DNA of 64,000 bases. It comes from Mizuhopecten yessoensis. Its lineage: Eukaryota. The stretch spans positions 570,961 through 634,960 of the forward strand of contig NW_018480065.1 of NCBI RefSeq assembly GCF_002113885.1. Direction: 5' to 3'. Below, one piece after another: positions 54,426 to 64,000 of this stretch (position 1 is the stretch's first letter; each line of letters starts with the position of its first letter). Below the pieces are notes generated by a model. The model made no database searches, was not told where the DNA came from, and worked only from the letters and a program-made list of their open reading frames with translations. Position numbers and translations under genes: made by a program.

Positions 54426-56659
54426 GATGCAGATTACCCACAATCCTCTGCTTTTAATTCAAGGCGCGTAACTCTTCCTATCCCTAGCTTTTATGCATGG
54501 GAGACAACTCTTCGATACCTACAAAAGTGCATTTGTTATTTACTCAAATACAGTGGTTATGCGCACGACTCCAGATGCATACATTAAGCTAAGTGCTTAG
54601 CTGCCTTATACAGACATTTCATTTTTTTGAAGAAATCCTCTCGGGTTTAAACTGTAGTGCTACCTTTATAATTGAACTAAATGTATACCACTTATTTTCC
54701 TTTTTGTTTACTTGAACGGGATATACCGTATAATCATGTTCAGATAGGTGTTAATTAAAACTTTATTAAAATCCGTAACATTGCGTCATAAACATGTAAA
54801 CCGTTTTGTTTTGATATTTTCAAGTGCTGAAGTACTGCGAAATCGGTCGAATGTACTTAACATGCCATTTATCATGTGACATGGCCGGCGCCTTGTTTCA
54901 GTATCCCCTGATAAAGGAACTCGCCTCAGCGTCAGTACCTTAGGGTCAGACACTGCGGATTATCCATTAACGTCATCAATCTCCCGCCGTTTTAATATCC
55001 CGACAGATCGCCACGTCCGCGTTAGTTACGGCCGACCTCCATACGTTTACATCCCTAACAATGTAAACAATTCTGTTTAAATTAGATGGCACCTCGTTTA
55101 GCCGATAGCGGCTTCCTGACTGCTTGGCTGGTGCTACCAACGTCAACGTAAATACGAATATCACCATCAACACCCATTATAGATATTTCTGTTTGTTTTG
55201 AATAGTGATTAGTCAGTTCAGGGATTGTATTTTAATATAATGATGTTTTATTTGTTTAAAATGGGACAATATTGCTGAAAGTGAACATCTTTTTGTTTGG
55301 CAGTAAACAAAGCAAATAATATTAATAGAAACATGGTGTTATTAAAGTCTTTATTTGCCAATCGCGTTTATGTAAGACATGCGGTTACATAAATAATGTG
55401 AATATGGACAAGGAAACACAAACTTATATGTGGATTTTTTCCAATAACTGTCTTGTTATTCTGATTTGCAGACGTTCATCGTTAATGCAGAAAATAACAA
55501 GGCAGTTCCATTATTTTCAAATTTCTATTGTTAGGGGAAGACAAGTAAGCGTAAAATTCTAAATTCACATTACATTAGCAGGTTTATTTAGAAAACAGCT
55601 AACAATTTCTTTTTTCCTCGTCCATATAACTATCTATTTTCTATAGTGTTTTCGAAACTGGAGCTGTGAACATGTATAAAAATGGAGTCCCCTTTGAATA
55701 ACAAGCTGACTCACTTTTATTAGGTTTACTGCCAAACTGTATCCAGGAAAGTTTTATTTTCAATCCAATTTAGATGCTAGTTTTTCATATATAAATGAAA
55801 TAGATGATAAAAAGAAAGGAGAACAGTGTTGAAGGTGATGTGAATATTCTTCTATAGAGGTAAATACGTCTCTTTCCAATGCCACAATGTAATATCACCT
55901 TTAAAACCGGAAGTACGTTCTGTAGACATCACGGGTGAGTCTACGATTTTGTTATAACATGTATCACATGGAAAACTAGGAGTATGTGAAAATATCAACA
56001 GTTGATTGCACAGTTTTTGTCATTCAAACAAATAAAACTGTATAGTGTAATAAGGTATTTTGGTATACCGGAAGTGAGCATTGTAGAATGTTGATGGCAT
56101 ACTAAGTTGTGGAGACCTGTATAAATAATTGTTACCATTTCTTCCTCGTTTCACAAAGCCTCTAGTACGTCATATATTATTATTTCAAGAATTAGCATCA
56201 TAATTTGCCGTTACATAATTTTTATTCACGAACCCGTATCAAAAGAGTTAACTATTGCAGGTAAACATGCACGTGTTATGTACATGTGGTTAAAATCACC
56301 TTACATTGACCACATTGGTAGTCGGGACCTTACATTGAATGGTTCATTTTGTATGTTAAAGTGGTCTAAGACTGTCCACGTTGTTCATTGCTGAATTTAA
56401 ATTATACAGAAACATCAATTTAATTGAAGTCTTGCAATATATTGCAGTCATCAAAAGCTGACAGAACAAACGCCATTGCAGTAGATGTAATAAGATGTCA
56501 TTACCCACGTGTTAGTCGACGAATTAGACATTTATGGAATGTGGTATCTCATGATCTGACCTAGATTGACGACAACTGTTGTACTTGAACCATTAAACAC
56601 GAAATGTCGTCATCAAACTATCTCGTCTGATTGACACGCGATGAGATATCCGCACGATA

Positions 56660-57160
56660 TTAAAGGGACATAACTCGCCTAGGACGAGTATAGCGCCAAA
56701 TTGACATCTAATTGGGAAGAGAACAATCAGGGGCAATCATCGCCAAACCAAGTGCTTTATTTCCTCCATGAAGGAAAAGGAAAATGGCTTGAATTCTTGT
56801 TAGCCCAAGCAAATGAGTTAAGTGGGACTCAACACCATCAGAAAAGTGTGTGGTTGGTTCATTTAAAACCGAGGATGAGATTTTTGAGATTCAGCACAAG
56901 GGCTAGACGACATTTTTGTCAATACCGAGCACATAAAAACCTGTACGTAAGTATTGGGTGCTATTTCAATAAACCAGCGAGCAAAGAAGGGGTAAATGTT
57001 CTTCTGATTGTATGCTGTTGATGCTGTTTAAAGTTCTGCGAACATTTGTTTCCTGAGTTCGGTTCAGACAGATTCATTCAAGTTCTGAACCCAAAGCAGG
57101 GAACTGTTTTTCTTATATTTAGAGTGTCGACGCTGACCTGAGCGATATTGTTTTGCTTTT
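56660..57160 (+). mobile_element. Possible Kolobok-type MITE left end (TTAA-AGGGACA), right end not found
   Basis: TTAAAGGGACATAACTC start only; no matching CCCTTTAA seen. Confidence 0.25.
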
Positions 57161-57166
57161 TAATAT

Positions 57167-57524
57167 AAGCAAGAAACCGCCAAAAGCGATATGGCCGGAT
57201 TGCTAAAGGACAATTTCATGTAAAGCATCACACGTGATAAGCATCCTTAGATACATACGCCATGCAAGTTTCGTTGATGTAGGACAAGTAGTTGCTTGGT
57301 AAGTGACCTAAACCAATCTTCTTAACCATAGTGCAGATGGGGCCTGACCTCAACCAATCAACTAAACCTGGTCAGTCAAGCGGGGAAATTTAGGTCAGAA
57401 GCAGCATCTGAAGCATCACATGTGATTAGCATCCTTAGATACATAAGTAAATAAATAACGTAGTGCATACAGACGGACAGACGGACAGGAATCGCCAAGC
57501 CGCCAAAAATCGGTAGGAAACAAA
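57167..57524 (+). mobile_element. Pearl/HINE-like non-autonomous Helentron derivative
   Basis: AAGCAAGA start; core repeat AAGCATCACA.GTGAT.AGCATCCTTAGATACATA at about 57222 and 57411 (about 189-bp period); ACAG/ACGG microsatellite at 57468-57488; short terminal palindrome and A-rich end. Confidence 0.7.
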
Positions 57525-60497
57525 GTGGATTCTATATCCTGTAGAACCCTTGACCACCTCATTCCATCGAATCCGACCATTGATTAGCACATGCTCTATT
57601 ATAAAAAAAAACAACACCACTCAATTAAATGTTAAGTATAGTAATATAGTACAACTAAAATGACACTTCAGACAGGAAGCGCTGAGGCAAAGATCTAGGT
57701 AGGCCTTAATACAATCAGAGGTCCTCTTACATATAATATGTATAAGTGTTGGACACATCAGTAATGCCTGTCCGACGCTGATCCCAGATCGATGCGAGAG
57801 GTAATGTAATACAGTGTTAATGGGAAGTTCCTGTAGAATCTTCAAAGACAAATAATCTGTGTGATGTTCTGATATGTCATTGAGAGCTCTCTCTTTGGTC
57901 TTTGTCTGTTAAACCGTTTAACGCCACACACAGTCAAGTGCACGTGTATTGGGCTTGAGATTTTTGTTCATCTTACAAGAAATGTTTTGATAAGATGAGT
58001 TCTAATAAAACATTCCGTATAATGTACAAAAGTGCATGATTGTTAAAGTAGCGGATTCAAATATCGCCATGATATTTTTTTTGTCTGTGCAATCTTCATG
58101 CATAAAATTCATAAAAGATTAGAGGTTGAAATGCAATACAGAAATGAATTAATGCAGCATTAGCTTTTTTCTGGCGAGCATAATATATTCTTTGTATATC
58201 TATAAGTAGGTCTATATAAATCTTTATATTTATTTGCACTTCTCTAAACAATCTGACGCCGTGTCTTCCGTTTAGACAGTAAGGGACCTAGAAAACGAAA
58301 TCACTGATTTAGTGTTGAATAGCTAGGAATTGTAGGTAATTTATATATACATATATGGATTGACGTTAACGAACTGAAACAGTGCCTTTATTTAAACCCA
58401 TTCACATCTTCCCTGATATAGACAAGCATCGTCATTAATGTGTAGAATCATTCTTGGAAAATTGACGTTTGGACAGACTTGTTGATTGGTGGACAATACC
58501 TGTTCTAATTACTGATTAATGTGAGGGTCAAATATCTGTCCCTGGTTTGAAGGAAACATGAACGACGCGAGGAAAGGCAGTGTTATATAGTCGACGGTAG
58601 CTATCTCAGTAACGTATATTTTCTATTTTACTTTACTGCCGACAGAATTGTCATTACTCTAAGACAAACTTGAGAATTTAACAGGATAGGATTTTAACGA
58701 TTAAGTAACAAAACATAGCTGAACTATGAATGAACATTTCAAAAACAGGAATGGTGACATATATAGATAGTGTATGCTGCCCTATTATCCGCTTATCTAC
58801 AGTTCATTGTATGCAAACAAAACTAAAAGGCACTGACCCCAAATCTAAATTGGCTTGTGAGATTGTATGCTCACCTCTTGAGTAAAAATGCATAAAAAAT
58901 AATGATGAGACAAAACATAATGGAGCTCCCTTAAACAGAATTATTCACTCTTGATTATCAATCAACCAATCAAGCACAAGTTAACATAACTGTCACTGAC
59001 GTGGGCTTCCGGTACATGTCAAAACCACGTGTCCACGGTCTATATAGAATCTGACAAGCAGAAGTAACCGGAAATAAGGACACTCTTAGCAGATTATTAG
59101 AATTTCTAATTTTAATTCAATAAACAGTGCCTGCCCTCTACTAGCTGCGTACCTAAGAGGCTAGGAAGAAGGCAGGCTTCTATTTACTCCACATGCTGGG
59201 ACGAGTTTGATATTTGATTTTTCAAACAACATGTAAACACGAATATGTTAACATATCTTTACCAATATCTACACTTTCGACGTTTTTCTTCCGGCCTTAG
59301 AGACTGTGTGACCATCGTAAGAAATTAACATTTAGATGTAGTTTGTTGAAACAAACCTTTTCTTACCGAAAAAGTCAGGACGTGCTTTTATTTACTGTTA
59401 GTGTATAACGTAGCGATTTTCTCAATTTTAGCACGTTTCGCGCTTAAAACATTGCGCTTATTCATTATGGCGCTAATTAAAGTGCCTGTGTATAGTTTTC
59501 TATTGCATCAATTGTTAGTGTGCCAATTCATCTTTGTGCTAATCTGTTAAATTAATAACAGATGCGAAATTTTGTGTCCGCTAAAATATGTACTCGTACA
59601 GTACCTTTCCTCTTGAAGAGTTTTAACATCAAGGCCGGTATCTATGTTTAAAAACATCCATTAAATCTATATGTACAACAAAACGATGTTATTTATCAAG
59701 GCAACACCGTAGGACGTCATAACCATCTCCCTTGTTGAACATCAATGTTTTCATTGTGATTTAGTATGGAAAGTGTGGTTTATTTTTGTATGAACAACAC
59801 TGGAAATTTTATAGATAATTGCAATATTTTAGACATTCAGCTTTATGAAATTATCGGCCTTGGATACATCTGTAATTATGCCGACAAGATATAGAATAAA
59901 AGGTTATCAAAATTGGATATGTAGCAAGGCAGTAGGGGATATGGTCAGCTCAACGTCTAATTCTTATTATGATGTTTTCTATAATAAGTCGACATGAAAC
60001 ATAACGCCGTCCCCTATCAGATGTCCAGCGGCTTGTGCGATATTTAATTAAGATACATATGTACTTGTGTCCATTCGACGCGTGATATCGGACAACACCT
60101 GATGCCGAACGAGACGTACTTTAAAGCCGGTAATTACAAGGCGTTTACTGAATGTTAGTTTATTGTGGTATAATACACCTCCGGCAACAATGATACAGTA
60201 TTGATATCAATAGGGCTTAATAACGGAAATCGTAGCATGCTTTTGGCGGTATATGTCAAATATAAGCGGCTTCTTCACTGTTCTGGGCAACCCTTTACAA
60301 TTGAGAGAACATTAAAAAGCTCTAAGTGGAAGCCCTCATAGAATATCACTATTCGAATAACCTCAACCTTCAGCAGGAATAACGTGAGAAAAAGTGATGC
60401 GATGCCGGAAAACGTTTAGAAGGGTGCGGTATGCTATTGTTCCTTTTGAAATAATTAGAATATCATTGTTTCACAACTTTATGTAGCACGAAGCATG

Positions 60498-60503
60498 TTT
60501 ATT
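60498..60503 (-). promoter_or_regulatory. Candidate polyadenylation signal of regucalcin gene
   Basis: AATAAA on the minus strand about 30 nt after the stop codon. Confidence 0.4.
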
Positions 60504-60530
60504 GCGGTATCTAACCGATCCATTTCCAGT

Positions 60531-60754
60531 TTATAGTCGACTGTCGACATCCCTCTCATAGATGTTTGCAGGAACACCTTTTACTCCGAGTCCTGTGACT
60601 TTGAATACTGACCCACATAATGGAAAATATCTTAATTCCTGGTCAAAAGCACCATTTGGCCCAGTTGTGACATAAAGCTCGTCCAAATTTTTCCCGCCGA
60701 AACAACAGGAAGTCGTTCTTGGCGCAGGGATGATTACTTCTTTCAGTGCTTTAC
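60531..60754 (-). CDS. RGN: Regucalcin/SMP-30 gluconolactonase, last exon
   Basis: GKALKEVIIPAPRTTSCCFGGKNLDELYVTT...GSVFKVTGLGVKG..*; acceptor CTAACAG, phase 1. Confidence 0.95.
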
Positions 60755-61035
60755 CTGTTAGAACGCCATGAAAACACTTCAGTTTCATTCATCGACGACA
60801 GGTGATAGATTTTACCATCGTCAAAATCGGAATAATATTACACAAATTTGTTGGTACATATATTACGGATAGTGAAATTTAGCTCTCTTTAGATACACAT
60901 AAGTAAGTCCAAACCGTAACCTACGTTTGAAATCGAAGCTTTTCTAAACATTTTGATTCATTGACTCATAAGACATGGCAAGTATAAAACATTCAGATGA
61001 AAATATTTTTTTCTTTAAAAATTAACAAAATATCA

Positions 61036-61400
<365 letters not shown>

Positions 61401-61747
61401 ATTCACCAGATAAATCAGAATTAGGAAATATGTTATACAGTTCCCATTTCGTTCTTCCAATGAGTTTGTTGTATCTCAGGGTGTCTGTTGTACGCGGGAA
61501 CTGTTCTATTACCTGAAGAATACTGTGAAGACAGCATCTTTCTCGCCCTCAATTTCAAAAGGTGATTGACTATAGAAATTTGCTGCATCTGCATTTTATT
61601 TGATTTTGAAAATTGCGGGTCTATATATATATCCTTTTATATAGACAAACGTATCAAAATAACAAAGATATGCTTGTCTGATAAATAATTTGTTGCTGAA
61701 GAAAAGTGTAGTATGCCTACGTTTTTATGAATGAGAGCACAACTTAC

Positions 61748-61966
61748 TTATTTTCCCGGATGTGACGTGATACGTGAATGCCTCCACTTTCCTTGTCGGC
61801 GTGTCGATATAAAACATAACTTGTTTGTCGGGCGACCACGCTAGTCCGTTTGATACTGTGATCTTGTTAAAATGCTTGACCAATGTCCCGTTTGTGTCCA
61901 GGCAGTACAGACTGCCAACGTTTTTCTCATAAGTTGGCATGTTGTCGATTTGGCCACCCATAGTAC
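61748..61966 (-). CDS. RGN: Regucalcin/SMP-30, internal exon (upstream exons lie beyond the window)
   Basis: GTMG...GSLYCLD...ITVSNGLAWSPDKQVMFYIDTPTRKVEAF; TTTAG acceptor, GTAAGT donor, 219 nt, phase 1-1. Confidence 0.95.
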
Positions 61967-63180
61967 CTAAACAATAAACCAAACCAAACGACATTTCATT
62001 TTGAAGTATTCAAGTAATTTCAATATTTATTAAAAACATAAAGCAATCAGGGGATACAAGCATGTCATCAAAACTGTAATTACAATTCTAAATTAAAAAA
62101 AAAAAAAAATAGGAACAAAGTAAACAAATAACATGGAGACTTAGAAATGTACAGATATAAAATGGCCATGTGTTCCGGAAGGTTAAGCGTCATACCGTAA
62201 CGGGCCAATAACGTGATGGAAATACAGTTCGTTTATTAATACAATTAACAGTTGTGGGGTTAAACGAATGGATAGTTATTGAGTAATAGACCATTGATAA
62301 CTCTAATACGCTTAAGTTATGTTTGTGTATGACTATACATCAGCCGTAGTTGTGATGAAAGACAGTAGGTGTGATCTTTTGTCATATTGGTCAGTTACTG
62401 CATTGGGAAGACTATATTTGGACATAGTGAACCATGGATATCTGCCAATACCGCTTCTATGTATATTTCTATTGAATTAACATGCGTTTAACATAATTTT
62501 GAAATGTTTTTTGTACGGTGGCCTTGTTGTTTGATAAAACATGCTACAACCGAATTTATAGAGTATTTACATGGTATGCACGTGTAAATATTTTTCCGAA
62601 ACATTACTTTAAACAACAAACAATATACCTCAAAAGTCGAAGTCAAATTATGTAGCGTCTGGAAAAAACGCTTTTCCCCTTAAACGTTGAAAATGATCAT
62701 GTATTATTATTACTTATGCTACTTCTTTTGAATTTTTGGTATTGGTCAAAATTAATAAGTTACTTTTGTAAAGATGTTTCTTCTAAGATTGGACATCTTC
62801 TCAGAAATCATAAGACTTTTAATACTTAAATTTGGCTGTAAAAATGATGATCCATTAACGCCGAGTTAATTATAACCGTTGACGATGTTGAAATCGTATT
62901 TTGCATACAATGTACATGTATGTGTTTAGAGTCTGTCAGCATTGGCTGCAACAATAGTGCTTTTGGTTGATTCGAGCACTTTGGGTGAAACTATTTTAGA
63001 CTATTACCTTCCCAAACATGAAACTTAAACGATAATAGTTCAAAATACTTCAAAAAAGTCGAAGTGTTAAGATATACAAGGATATCTATCAGTGAAATTG
63101 TTGTGAACTTACATGTAAACATTCGTAAGTGACACAACTCTTAAAAGTACTGCCGACAATTAAGAAAATAACCCACAGAA

Positions 63181-63220
63181 AACAACAACAACAACAACAA
63201 CAACAACAAACAAACAAAAC
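63181..63220 (+). repeat. (AAC)n/(AAAC)n microsatellite
   Basis: Directly visible. Confidence 0.9.
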
Positions 63221-64000
63221 GGGTGGAAAAAGAAAAACGAGAGCAGAAAGTGAAAAAACATTCTTATTTTTTTGAATGGGCCCGGTTTTTTGTTGAAATT
63301 AGATCTTTGACCATTATGAAACCTTTCAATGATGAACTTAAGAACTGTTCCGTTTCCATCTTCAACGTTGAAAATTGTCCTTAAACATGTTCATGTTTAT
63401 TTTTATGACTGCTCAAGTTAAACACCAAACCTTAAAAATGACCCTAGAGCGTTAAAACAATTCCTATTCCTTGATCACTTGAAGAACTTCCCTAGTGAGT
63501 CAACGTTTGAACTCACTCGATAATATATTATTGTTTATTTTGTGTAATGGTTTCGTTTTACTATTCAAAGTAAAAGATGGAGCTCTAAACAGTCTATTTT
63601 CTAAATTGCCACAGTTCCATATTCAACGTTGAAAGCAGACATTATGACATATTTCCATATAAAATACTCAAAAGTGCTTGCTAAGAACATGATGGAGGCT
63701 AATATAGTCATATTCAACATGTAACCTTCTAGATTTGTGCAACTGAATGGTGGCTGAGTTACATAAAGCAACAATGTCCATATCTTAAAGCCGTTAAGCA
63801 GTGAATCATGTAGATATTTGGGTTTTAAACGACCTTTTCATGCACATGATGAAACGTACCACCGTAAAAACAATGTTAGCAGTAGTTCATAGCAAACGTA
63901 CTCACGTGTGTGTAAAACACGCTCTCAGATTCGGGTTACTTTTCAACGGGGTCCATGTTCAACGGATATGTCAAAATAAAGAATTGTCCACGGCTACCGA

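Overview
AT-rich eukaryotic (animal) genomic DNA. The repeat content (V-domain tRNA-SINEs, a pearl/HINE-like element, TA-MITEs) suggests a bivalve mollusc, possibly a scallop; that assignment is inference from recalled repeat families. Only one gene is clearly recognisable: the last three exons of a regucalcin/SMP-30 gene on the minus strand (60531-61966). There is also a probable terminal exon of an unidentified gene at 1187-1586, cut by an N-gap. The rest is intergenic: two large satellites (32-bp unit at 4.75-10.68 kb; 21-23-bp unit at 44.2-47.5 kb), minisatellites, SINEs, MITEs and decayed retroelement pieces. The most notable signal is a set of about five mobile elements bounded by long (110-175 bp) fold-back hairpins; where intact, these end in c-GNA-g or c-GNNA-g loops. 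Three of them enclose decayed pieces of tyrosine-recombinase (Crypton/DUF3504-like) ORFs, and one is nested in another. This suggests a hairpin-ended tyrosine-recombinase element system that may recombine folded single-stranded ends, as integron attC sites do (hypothesis). A second notable signal is an 800-bp patchwork (39.15-39.95 kb) built from six nearby upstream fragments in mixed orientation. Protein family calls are by eye; no searches were run.
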